Source of the DNA: a virus
DNA: 64,000 nucleotides
Virus record (IMG/VR): IMGVR_UViG_3300007177_000055
Coordinates: 32,001 to 96,000 of that record
Reading direction: 5' to 3' (one strand)
Shown: positions 1 through 8,900 of the stretch, piece by piece
Position numbering within the stretch: position 1 is the first letter of the stretch
How the letters are laid out: each line of letters begins with the position of its first letter
Position numbers and translations under genes: made by a program
The notes under the pieces: generated by a model
Database searches by the model: none
What the model was told of the DNA's origin: nothing
What the model saw: the letters and a program-made list of their open reading frames with translations, nothing else

Positions 1-282
1 AGCCTTTGTCTGTTATGCCATAAATGTAGCTTAAGAGACTTTTTAGCTGTTTGCACACCTAACAATTATTTTTACGTATTACTAACTTGCTCTTCCGTAG
101 AAACCTTCTTGGGATCAACAGTATGTAAGTCTTTATACGAAGACTTTGTTAGGTTTTGGCCTGAGCTAAATAACTTGCACTGCGAAAACCTAGAAACAGC
201 CCAGTATTTTATAAACAAGTACATAGAATGGCAACACGCTAGTTGGGTTGCTTCAAAAAGAGGCTGCCTAGAATTTGGTTAA
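1..282 (+). CDS. partial hypothetical protein (5' end outside window)
   Basis: Frame 1 is open from base 1 to TAA at 280-282 (manual translation); no recognisable motif. Confidence 0.5.
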   Translation, partial: SLCLLCHKCSLRDFLAVCTPNNYFYVLLTCSSVETFLGSTVCKSLYEDFVRFWPELNNLHCENLETAQYFINKYIEWQHASWVASKRGCLEFG

Positions 283-351
283 AATTTACACACAAAGTCA
301 ATCAACACCCAGCAAAGACTGTTCCCCGCTTAAAATCAAATTCTGTTTGTA

Positions 352-684
352 TTGATGATCAAACTACTTACTGCTTTTGTAATTGTCTTAACCGCAGCCA
401 AACCTGCTACAGCTTCAACAGTTATAGCCAGTATTTACCACCCTTGGTATAACGGTCGACCTACAGCTTCAGGAGAACTGTTTCGTTATTATGGGCTTTC
501 CGCAGCTCATCCCTGGTTACCTTTTGGTAAATACCGTGTTAGTTACCGAGGTAGATCGGTAAATCTAAGAATCAATGACCGACTAGAGCTAAACCGTCTC
601 GACCTTTCGTGTGGGGCAGCACAGATACTATTTGGTTCTTGCAGAGACAACCTAGCCCCAGTTACGTACACCCGAATTGACTAA
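352..684 (+). CDS. rlpA: RlpA-like double-psi beta-barrel protein (lytic transglycosylase family) with signal peptide
   Basis: Hydrophobic N-terminus, then ASIYHPWYNGRPTASGELF...SAAHPWLPFG...VNLRINDR...LDLS, the RlpA/DPBB_1 signature. Confidence 0.85.
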   Translation: MMIKLLTAFVIVLTAAKPATASTVIASIYHPWYNGRPTASGELFRYYGLSAAHPWLPFGKYRVSYRGRSVNLRINDRLELNRLDLSCGAAQILFGSCRDNLAPVTYTRID

Positions 685-911
685 CTATCGAGAGTCTCTT
701 CTGGTACCAAAGAGGACTTTTTCTTAGATAAGCTTAAAGCCACTGCGCCACCACCGGCGACAGCACCTAAAGATCCAGACACTACCATTTCTACTATACG
801 GCCATACTGAACGGCAAATTTCTCACTGCTGTAAGCCACTACAGAAGCTCCTGTAATTGCAATAACCAAAGATACGGATAAACCTAATAGTAAAGGATTA
901 GGTAACGACAT
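681..911 (-). CDS. small two-TM membrane protein (holin-like topology)
   Basis: Two hydrophobic segments and a basic C-terminus (KKK); function inferred from topology only. Confidence 0.5.
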   Translation of the reverse strand: MSLPNPLLLGLSVSLVIAITGASVVAYSSEKFAVQYGRIVEMVVSGSLGAVAGGGAVALSLSKKKSSLVPEETLDS

Positions 912-990
912 AAACTTCCCGCAGCTGTCACTAGTGTAGACTCCCTAACTCAGAATGCCAAAGAGTTAAAACTCAACTAAACTCACTTAA

Positions 991-1008
991 TTAAAACAAA
1001 GTATAGCG
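991..1008 (+). promoter_or_regulatory. repeated phage upstream element AAACAAAGTA, copy 1
   Basis: TTAAAACAAAGTATAGCG, intergenic, about 70 nt before ORF 1081; 17/18 identical to 9983-10000. Confidence 0.55.
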
Positions 1009-1080
1009 TCTGGTAAAGTTAGGTGAACTGGCTTTAGCAAGGCCGGTATGCCATAATTTACTTACTCTTGGAGCAAACTC

Positions 1081-1515
1081 ATGTCCACCAATTCCATTAC
1101 ACCTGAAATGAACAACCCCCGTTTGGAAGCTCTTACTCGCTTGAGCTCCCAACTAACTACAACTGGTTTTGAGAAAGTAACCGTTAACTTTAGCGGCCAA
1201 AACGCCAATTCAGTACTAGAAGAACCTAAGTTCTTTCGTACTGGCTTAGACGAAGCAGTAACCGCTGCTGATGTTGCAACTGTATTTAACGGTACAACGG
1301 TAGACACCTCAGTCATTATAGAAGCAGTTAGCCGAGCACTTGAAAATAGCTATCCGTTCTGGTCCGACCTTGTTGGTGCGTACGGTACGGTCAGCTACTA
1401 CCCCGGCCAGTTTGGGATGTACATTAAGATCCAAAGAATGATCATTACTACCCATGAAAGTAACCTTACCCGTAACACCCTGGAGTCACTGTATCCTAAA
1501 GTAAAAGCTGCCTGA
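1081..1515 (+). CDS. hypothetical protein, weak resemblance to DUF6878 family
   Basis: GFEKVTVNFSG...YPFWSDLVGAYGTV resembles the family pattern as recalled; not verified. Confidence 0.45.
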   Translation: MSTNSITPEMNNPRLEALTRLSSQLTTTGFEKVTVNFSGQNANSVLEEPKFFRTGLDEAVTAADVATVFNGTTVDTSVIIEAVSRALENSYPFWSDLVGAYGTVSYYPGQFGMYIKIQRMIITTHESNLTRNTLESLYPKVKAA

Positions 1516-1535
1516 TTAGACCCAACCCACGTTAT

Positions 1536-1556
1536 AGGGGGTTGCACCCCCTTTTT
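1536..1556 (+). terminator. intrinsic terminator-like hairpin
   Basis: AGGGGGT-TGC-ACCCCCT followed by TTTT, after the stop of 1081-1515. Confidence 0.7.
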
Positions 1557-1558
1557 CT

Positions 1559-1912
1559 ATGCCAAACCTCTTTGAGACCTCAGCTTCCTTTGAAGAGGAA
1601 GACTTTACAGATGAAGCCGTCGCAGTCAGCTCTTTTGATGGCACAAGGCAAATCTCCTTAAAATATGGAACCGAAACTGTATACGTAGACCTTACGCTGT
1701 CTACCTACGCTGGCAAGACTTTGGCCCAAATCGCTGCTCTGCGAGCAGACGACTTAGGTTTTAGTCGCGATGCTTCTCGACTAAACTACCGCCGTGGGGG
1801 AGAGTCTATCGAACCCTCATTTATCCCTAAACCTGGGATGTCTTTTGTTCTTAGCACTTCTGTTGATACTAAGGGCCAGCCAGATAGTAAAGGCGGTTTT
1901 CAGTCAGTCTGA
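1559..1912 (+). CDS. putative ubiquitin-like (beta-grasp) protein with C-terminal DTKG/DSKG motifs
   Basis: Pattern beta-beta (QISLKYG, TVYVDL), helix (GKTLAQIAALRADDLG), beta (LNYRRGG), final strand (PKPGMSFVLS) ending ...DTKG, like PRTRC protein C-type Ubls; E1/E2/JAB genes are present in the window. Confidence 0.65.
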   Translation: MPNLFETSASFEEEDFTDEAVAVSSFDGTRQISLKYGTETVYVDLTLSTYAGKTLAQIAALRADDLGFSRDASRLNYRRGGESIEPSFIPKPGMSFVLSTSVDTKGQPDSKGGFQSV

Positions 1913-1980
1913 AATAAAACCAAGCATACTTAGCACTCTGGTAACACAGAGTGCTATTGTATGTTTACTTGTCTAAAAAT

Positions 1981-3759
1981 ATGGCTAGGCTTTCTAGGGA
2001 CAGTTTTGGAGCTTATCTAAAAGAAATCGGTAGGTTTGAGCTCCTCAGTAAAAAAGACGAACAAGAACTTGGAAGCCTAGTTCAGCTGGGTGAACAACTT
2101 TTAAGCATCAAAAAACAAAATTCGGGTATCCAGACTCTAGAAGAACACGCTAATGCTGCCGGACTAACAACAAAAGAGTTACAACGCACTCTAATAAAAG
2201 CTAAAAGAGCTAAAGATAAATTGATCAAGCACAACTTACGATTAGTAGTTTCTATAGCTAAAAGATACACCAATCGTGGCGTGTCTATGGTTGATTTAGT
2301 TCAAGAAGGCACTATAGGTCTTAACCGGGCAGTCGAAAAGTTTGACCCTAAAAAGGGGTTTAAGTTCTCTACCTACGCTTGTGTACCTTTAACTACTGAG
2401 ATACTTACTCAACGAGGCTGGTTAAAGTTCCACGAACTTGAACCTGGTGATCAAACCATTGGATACGATCAAGGCGTAAGTAAGTGGACACGCATTTTAG
2501 GAAGCAAAGTTTATGGCAAAGCTCCTCTAGTAACCTTTGGAGACTCCAAGTGGTCAGTAGAGTGTACTGGCCAACATAAATGGATTGTGAATGACGAAGG
2601 TACTACAAAGCTAATACCACTAAAAGAAATTGACTTTAAAAAAGACTCTACCAGGTTAGTAACTTCTGCTAGTTTTGTCGGTGGAGATAACCCAATGACT
2701 GCAAAGGAAGCTGCTTGGATAGCCGAAGTAATTTCAGTCAGCAAACCTAAAGAAGATCAACCGGACAATGCCAGCCTATCTGATCTAGTACTAAGTCTAA
2801 AACCAGCGGCACGTAAGGCCTGGTTTGAAGTGTGGTGTAACTCAAGCAGACCTCGTTCTGTTGAGGAAACGCAAGCTTTAGCACTTTGTGCTTTTTTAGA
2901 AGGGCACTCTAAAGTTAGAGTCAACGAACAAACAGTAGAGTGGACAGTAGAGTTTAACGGTCCGGGCTCTCTTTTTATAGAAGATGTTGAAAACGTTAAC
3001 CAGAAAACTTACTCTCAAATTTTCAGCCCTCCTACCATAAAAGCTTGTGGCAGCGCACCTGTTTGGTGTCCTAATACTGAACTAGGTACCTGGACTGCTA
3101 GGACTCCGGAAGGCAGAATATTCTTAACAGGTAACACTTGGTGGGTAAGACAAGGCATTACCCGAGCAGTAGCTTTACATTCCAGAACTATACGTTTACC
3201 AGTACATATCTTTGAAAGACTTAATAAAATAAAAAAGGCAACTCGAACACTGTCACAACAAAACGGTAGACAACCAAGCATCTTTGAAATTGCCTCTTTT
3301 ATAGAAGAACCTATAAATAAAGTGCTAAAGTTAATGCAGTACTCGAAAGTAATTAGGTCGACAGACTCCTTGTTGAGCGATTCTACAGGAACCAGTTGCT
3401 TAAGAGACTTTTTAATAGACGAGATTACCCCAACACCTGAAGAAGTAGTCGAGCGAGAATTAAACGCCGTTTATATCAAAAAACTCCTTAAAGGGTTAAC
3501 AGAACAAGAAGCTTACATAATCAAAAAGCGTTATGGTATAGACCTAGAGTATCCCGTACCTCTAAAAGAAATAGGAGTAGCCCTAGATATTACTACTGAA
3601 CGAGTAAGACAAATAGAACGCAGGGCATTAGAAAAGTTAAAAGAAACCCATTTGTTTCATGAAAAACATCACCCTAAACTTAAGCGCAATACCTTAATGG
3701 GAAAAAGCGGAGTTACATACAAACCAACTGAGGTTACAAAACTTGAAGTAGACTCATAA
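1981..3759 (+). CDS. rpoD: RpoD/SigA-family sigma70 factor (cyanobacterial type, no region 1.1), intein-containing
   Basis: YLKEIGR (1.2), NLRLVVSIAKRY (2.1), DLVQEGTIGL (2.2), KFSTYA/TWWVRQGI (2.3-2.4), RTIRLPVH (3.0), ERVRQIE (4.2); ATG 1981 preferred over GTG 1951. Confidence 0.93.
   Translation: MARLSRDSFGAYLKEIGRFELLSKKDEQELGSLVQLGEQLLSIKKQNSGIQTLEEHANAAGLTTKELQRTLIKAKRAKDKLIKHNLRLVVSIAKRYTNRGVSMVDLVQEGTIGLNRAVEKFDPKKGFKFSTYACVPLTTEILTQRGWLKFHELEPGDQTIGYDQGVSKWTRILGSKVYGKAPLVTFGDSKWSVECTGQHKWIVNDEGTTKLIPLKEIDFKKDSTRLVTSASFVGGDNPMTAKEAAWIAEVISVSKPKEDQPDNASLSDLVLSLKPAARKAWFEVWCNSSRPRSVEETQALALCAFLEGHSKVRVNEQTVEWTVEFNGPGSLFIEDVENVNQKTYSQIFSPPTIKACGSAPVWCPNTELGTWTARTPEGRIFLTGNTWWVRQGITRAVALHSRTIRLPVHIFERLNKIKKATRTLSQQNGRQPSIFEIASFIEEPINKVLKLMQYSKVIRSTDSLLSDSTGTSCLRDFLIDEITPTPEEVVERELNAVYIKKLLKGLTEQEAYIIKKRYGIDLEYPVPLKEIGVALDITTERVRQIERRALEKLKETHLFHEKHHPKLKRNTLMGKSGVTYKPTEVTKLEVDS
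2380..3135 (+). mobile_element. intein (252 aa, endonuclease degenerate) in the sigma factor
   Basis: Starts CVPLTTEILTQRGW, block B ECTGQHKW, ends VWCPNTELGTW...FLTGN before Thr; removal restores FSTYA-TWWVRQ. Confidence 0.92.
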
Positions 3760-3762
3760 GTA

Positions 3763-4095
3763 GTGGGCTGTTGTATGTATCATCATCCTTTAGCTACTTA
3801 TGGCTCTTCTCAAGAAGAAGTAGAAGAATGTAATGCTTGGGGTTTTGCTTCAGGGTTAACTCATTCATACTTTGAATCGGAAGACCCTTTTGCAGGATTT
3901 TCTCTGCTAGCTCTTTTAAAAGACTCATCAGCTCCAGGTTCTCACTATAGAGCGTTAATCAGAGACTACAAAAAGTTTAAGACTACAGCTGTCCTTAGGG
4001 AAATACAGTGCTTACTAGCAACGGCTATAGAAGAAAGTGAAAATGGCGCAGATTTAGAAATTTTTTCATTACCACAAGACGTAGATGAATTTTGA
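3763..4095 (+). CDS. hypothetical protein
   Basis: ORF directly downstream of sigma; no motif. Confidence 0.55.
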   Translation: MGCCMYHHPLATYGSSQEEVEECNAWGFASGLTHSYFESEDPFAGFSLLALLKDSSAPGSHYRALIRDYKKFKTTAVLREIQCLLATAIEESENGADLEIFSLPQDVDEF

Positions 4096-4159
4096 TTAAG
4101 TCTTAAGTCTTAAAGCTTAACTAACTACAGATACACTGATAATATACGCTTGCACAACC

Positions 4160-4432
4160 GTGGCAGACGAGCCTAAAGAAGTTGCAGTAACAGGCGAGTT
4201 AAAGTATCTTGCCTACGGCATAGGCATAATTGTTGTGTCTACAGCTCTAATAGGTTGCTTTTCGTTTGCATGGCAAGTCTCTCTGCAACTTAATTCAGCT
4301 ACTCAAGAAATAAAATCTTTAACAGCTACGGTAAACGAACTCAAAACAGAACTAAATACGCTCAAAAAAGAACACGAATCTAACAAAGAACAAACTCAGG
4401 AACGCTTGAATGAACTACGTTTACGCCCCTAA
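4160..4432 (+). CDS. single-TM protein with coiled-coil tail
   Basis: Hydrophobic LAYGIGIIVVSTALIGCFSFAW followed by heptad-rich region. Confidence 0.6.
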   Translation: MADEPKEVAVTGELKYLAYGIGIIVVSTALIGCFSFAWQVSLQLNSATQEIKSLTATVNELKTELNTLKKEHESNKEQTQERLNELRLRP

Positions 4433-4896
4433 ACAATAAAGTAAAGGGTTTTGGGATCGGTAGTTAAAGTGTTATAAACAGCTTGAGTGCAAAAAACCAT
4501 ATTTTCTATACGGTTAGTCCCTAAAACGGTATTACTGACTACTACATTTGCAGGAACTACGGCTTCCCATCCTTCTGTAGTACCGTTTGTGTTTACTAAA
4601 AACTGTTTAGTGTCTGGTTGGTACCAAAGCTCACCTGTATAGTCTAAAGTTCCGCCGTCCTGGAACTGGTCTGGCCTTAAACCTGAATTACCTATGTAAG
4701 TATTTCCAATACGAATGACTTTATCTGAAGGATTTGTAACCGCAGTTGAACCTACTCTTAAAAACAAACCTAAAGAAGTTCTTATTAGGTTTGCCCCTGA
4801 ACGATGGTTAACTACAGGTTCAGCTCTTGCAAACTCACTTAATCGCGGTACGCGATTAGATGTATGAGTTTCTTTTAGGATAAATTCGTTAGGCAT
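4429..4896 (-). CDS. tail-fibre-associated structural protein
   Basis: C-terminal TQAVYNTLTTDPKTLYFI motif typical of phage fibre modules; N-terminus paralogous to that of 5921-9499. Confidence 0.65.
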   Translation of the reverse strand: MPNEFILKETHTSNRVPRLSEFARAEPVVNHRSGANLIRTSLGLFLRVGSTAVTNPSDKVIRIGNTYIGNSGLRPDQFQDGGTLDYTGELWYQPDTKQFLVNTNGTTEGWEAVVPANVVVSNTVLGTNRIENMVFCTQAVYNTLTTDPKTLYFIV

Positions 4897-4916
4897 GGTG
4901 TTAACTCGCAGTTAAT

Positions 4917-5603
4917 TTAAGGGTTTGGCGGCCAAGACCTAAAAGCTTCAGATTTAACTAGAGTGTTTAAAGCTACTTTACTAGTTACTTGTTGAACTTG
5001 ACTAATTTTAGCCTGAGCAGCTGACCTGACCGACGCTCTCCATAAAGTGACACTTTCTGGAATTAACTGGTTAGTCTCTAGTTGTCGAACAACATACCAA
5101 TCAGTAGGTTGCAGTATTTCATAAGCTTGTTTATTGAGCTCCAACAAAAAATTTTGCTTAGCTTCTGATAGTTTAAGGCTAGGTGAAAAACACGACCATA
5201 TAAAATGCTGGCCTGTCCAGTACAACTCAGAATATTCATCTGGTTTTGATGAAGGTACTTCTTCAGTGGTATCTGCAGGTTGAGGCCAACCTACACTAGT
5301 AACTACTACCGGTGCACCTAACTTTAATTCTGGCTTATCTACTGTAGAGTAGTAAGTTTTAGGGTTGTTTTTAGCCTCTAGTGCCAAGAGTGCCTGATTT
5401 AGTATAACTTCGTAGTCTTCAAGAGACTCCAAGTCCTCTAGAACTAACTCATCAGCAACTACTCTAGCTACTACCCCTAAACCCCTAGTTTGGTCAAACT
5501 CTACACTGTTTACATCTTTAGGAACGCTGCTAAAGTCAAGGTCTTTTACGCAATCATCTCCTATGAAAACTAATTTCTGCCTAGGCTTTAAACAAATAAG
5601 CAT
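4917..5603 (-). CDS. tail fibre assembly chaperone-like protein
   Basis: LQPTDWYVVR...WRASVR...WP pattern, located downstream of the fibre gene. Confidence 0.7.
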   Translation of the reverse strand: MLICLKPRQKLVFIGDDCVKDLDFSSVPKDVNSVEFDQTRGLGVVARVVADELVLEDLESLEDYEVILNQALLALEAKNNPKTYYSTVDKPELKLGAPVVVTSVGWPQPADTTEEVPSSKPDEYSELYWTGQHFIWSCFSPSLKLSEAKQNFLLELNKQAYEILQPTDWYVVRQLETNQLIPESVTLWRASVRSAAQAKISQVQQVTSKVALNTLVKSEAFRSWPPNP

Positions 5604-5609
5604 AATGGC

Positions 5610-5936
5610 TTAGGGTAAGATTTTTACACTGGCTGGTTCAATACTAGGTGAACCTTGAAAAGCACACAACAGTGCTCTACTAGTCTTGCTAAGAGTTTGG
5701 TCTACTTCGTTCCTTAATGCGTCTACACTAGCAGCTGTCTGCCTTTGTTTGTTGGCGTTTTCAATCACCAAAGTAGGCAGCCATGCAACAGCACAAGCCC
5801 AATCGTCTACCTCTTCACCAGTGTTTGGATTAGTTCCTCTGACTTGGGTAAACCAAGCACATTGTAAGCCAACACAGTCTTTTTTTATAAGGGGACAAAA
5901 TTTACCAGCTTCTAGTTTCATTAGTTTCTGGAACAA
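5610..5936 (-). CDS. conserved Cys-rich fibre-adjacent phage protein
   Basis: CPL..KDC...CAWF...GTNPNTG...WACAVAWLP.LVIEN, a pattern commonly seen beside aquatic phage fibre genes. Confidence 0.7.
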   Translation of the reverse strand: MFQKLMKLEAGKFCPLIKKDCVGLQCAWFTQVRGTNPNTGEEVDDWACAVAWLPTLVIENANKQRQTAASVDALRNEVDQTLSKTSRALLCAFQGSPSIEPASVKILP

Positions 5937-8900
5937 AGTATTACGTCAATATATTTTACTGCAAAGTCCATTGTATTAGAAGTAGTCTGAGTGGCCGAGG
6001 CGTATTGAATAAGAATGCCCGTGCTATTGCTAGCAGTACTTCCTGAACTAGTAACAAGAGAAGCTGCACCAGTACCTGTACCCGGACCTGGATCACTAGA
6101 TTGTTCCTTATACGTATAAGAGTGAGAGTGTCCCGGGTCGTTAATACCGTGGTTGTGGTTTACTAGGGGTACAGTTCTGCTAGTAAAGGCACTAGTAAAG
6201 TCCATAGTACCAGATGAGCCACCGCCAGGTCCAGATACCACTCTTATAGCTTTGTTTTGGTGTGTAGTTACTTGTGTCCAATTTAAAGGCGCTGCAGCTT
6301 GATAAAAAAGTAACGTATCTCCAGTACTAAAATCTGAAAAATTTTGAATTCTGTCATCTATTAAAGAAACAGCTGTAAAAGGAGTAAGTACAGCTTTTTG
6401 GTCCGTTCCGGCTAAAGCTTGAAGCGCGGTAGCTAACTGAACAAAACCAGCGCGTTGCGTAGTAGCGTATAGCTTCCAATTGTTAGAAGCCAATATTGGC
6501 GTTTCAAAATCTGTAAGAGAGTTAAAAGCAAACTTGGCAGACCTAAGATCTAAAGTGGCATTAGGGAACAAAAGTAGTCTTTCAGTAACTGTCAAACGCT
6601 TAAAAATCTTACTGTCAGAACTTGTAGAGCTACCCAGGTCAGTTTGCTTACCCGTCTTTAAGTCTATGATTTGTTGACCGATGATAAAGTTACCATCTTG
6701 ATCCATACCTGTGTTATAAACCCGACCGCCAAAAGACTCTTTTTTTATTCGAGCTATTGACTGCTGAAAAGTAAAAACTTTATCCTGAAACAGGGGTAGA
6801 GCCGAAGAGTAATTTAAGTATCCTTGCCATTCCCAAGTGTGTCCAGTGCATCTTATAGTGGAAGGACGATGTAAGTTAGTAAATAGCCTGGCCGGCAAAC
6901 TCACTTCTCTAGTATTTGCTTGCAGCAAAGCTGTTCTAGTAGATAAAGGCAAACCTATTTCGGTAAGTATAGTGTCTAAAGCTCTATAAGTAGCCGAAGT
7001 AGCTGGATTGGATACAGGGTCGTCAACGTTTATTTCAGGATATAGCCCACTTAATGGTTCGTTTGTAGAACCTGCCAACATTAGGGCTATATAATAAGTA
7101 CCTAAAGGTAGAGCAGTTCCCTGAAAATCAGTAGTCTTTACGCTAGCTACAAAAACAGGCGTAGTTAGCTGTAAGCCCATTAGCTGCCGATCAAGCTGCA
7201 AAACAAAGTTTTCTAAAGGCCGGCGTTTGTTAGCAGCAGAAAGACCTTCTAATTTTAGCCACAAAATGCGGTCATCTTGTTCTCTTTGGTCAGGACTGCG
7301 CTTAATGATTACAGGAAAATCTTCAACTAAAGCACGGTTGTTATATATACCGTTGTTAGTAGCTAAAGTGTTAAAAAACCAGCCATTTGAATCTTGAGAA
7401 TATAGAGGAGCTGTACTGGTCAAAGTAGCGGAGTACTCGGTACCATCTTCTCCAGTCACATACAACCTTTCTCCAGGCAAGTAAGTAAAAGGAGCTATAC
7501 GGTCTTCACTAGGCTGAGAGTCTACGTAGAGCTTAGTCGGAGTATTAATATCTAGATTAGTGCTAGTTTTTAACTTAAAGCTTAGAATAGGTATGTTAAG
7601 TACCGTTGAATCTATAGCTTTAGGTAAAATTATAGTATCTACATAAGAACCTGAGTCTTGGGGTAAAGGTTGCGCCGCAAAGCCACTAGCTACTAGAGAT
7701 AAGTCACCGAAGTTAGAGCAGCTATTGGTAATAGAAAGCTCACCTCCATTCTCTACTTCGTAATGAACTGCCGAACAAACCACAAAGCAACTAACAATTT
7801 GTGCATAGCCGCCATTAGTGGCCCTAAAAGCTCGATGTCTCCACTCTGGTTTATACCTTTTGTTTCCAGGTAGAGTATTATCGGTAGTAAAAGCTCGGGT
7901 GTCAGCCTGCAAGCTTACGTTAGTAAACTGAGCTGTAACCATCGACTTTAAGCCTGTGACTTTAGCTCCATCTATTACTAACCCATTAAGTCCAAATCTG
8001 GAACGTACCGAACAATTAAAAACGTATGGACTCGCATATACAGCAGTATCTACACCTAGAAAACCGTTTGCGTCTAAAGTTTGATTACTAGCAGTAGAAG
8101 CAACTATTTGCGTTTCAGCTGCATTAGCCTGAAAGTCAGCTAAAACTACGTTAGGAGATTGTGTTAACCCTAACACTTGGTAAATCTTAGAATAATAACT
8201 AGAGTCTGAACCTGCTAGTTCTTCTGCAGTTGCAAATTCTGCACACCCACAAAGGTGATGGCTACTCTGAAGAAATGCATTGTCAGTAAAAGTAAAACCA
8301 TATAGGTATGACCCTCCGGTTAGTTTAAAAATACTAGTTCTACCAGTACCAAAACAACCAGGGTCGGTTAGCCAATCAGTAAAGTTACCGACATACCTGG
8401 GACGAAACTTAGTTTTCCTGAGGTCTAATGCCACTATAGACACGCCCCGAGGGGTAATCAAACCACCCTTGATAGGGTTAAATACAGAATAATTAGGGTA
8501 ACTAACTGAATCTCCTATAGACCATACGCCTTTCATGCGACGCACAGTAACTGTAAAGTTGTCAACAGCAACTACTATAGCTGAGCCACCAGAAGAACTG
8601 AAAATCTGCTGACGAGGATACAGGCCTTCGGCTACAGCATTAGCAAGGTTTAGTACACCAGTAACTAAATTAATGCCAGTGACCAATCCACTTAACAACT
8701 GAGGATTAATAGGGCCCGTATCAGTTGGGGATAACCGAGGCAGAGCTGAATAGCTCACTACTCCTGGTCGGTTGTCTAAGTGGTAGTCACCAGAGTGTAC
8801 CAAAATAGTATCTTGATCATACAAATCATTATCTGCACCTGCTCGGTAAGACCTTAAAGCTGAAGCTATTAAAGCTCGCTCAGGAGTTAAAAAAGGTCTG

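Noticed and set aside
243-452. Short antisense or alternate-frame ORFs from the track (e.g. 243-452, 1062-1316, 5686-5979, 19621-20064, 39373-39638, 59637-60008)
   Set aside because: They overlap better-supported genes and have no motifs, so they are treated as shadow ORFs
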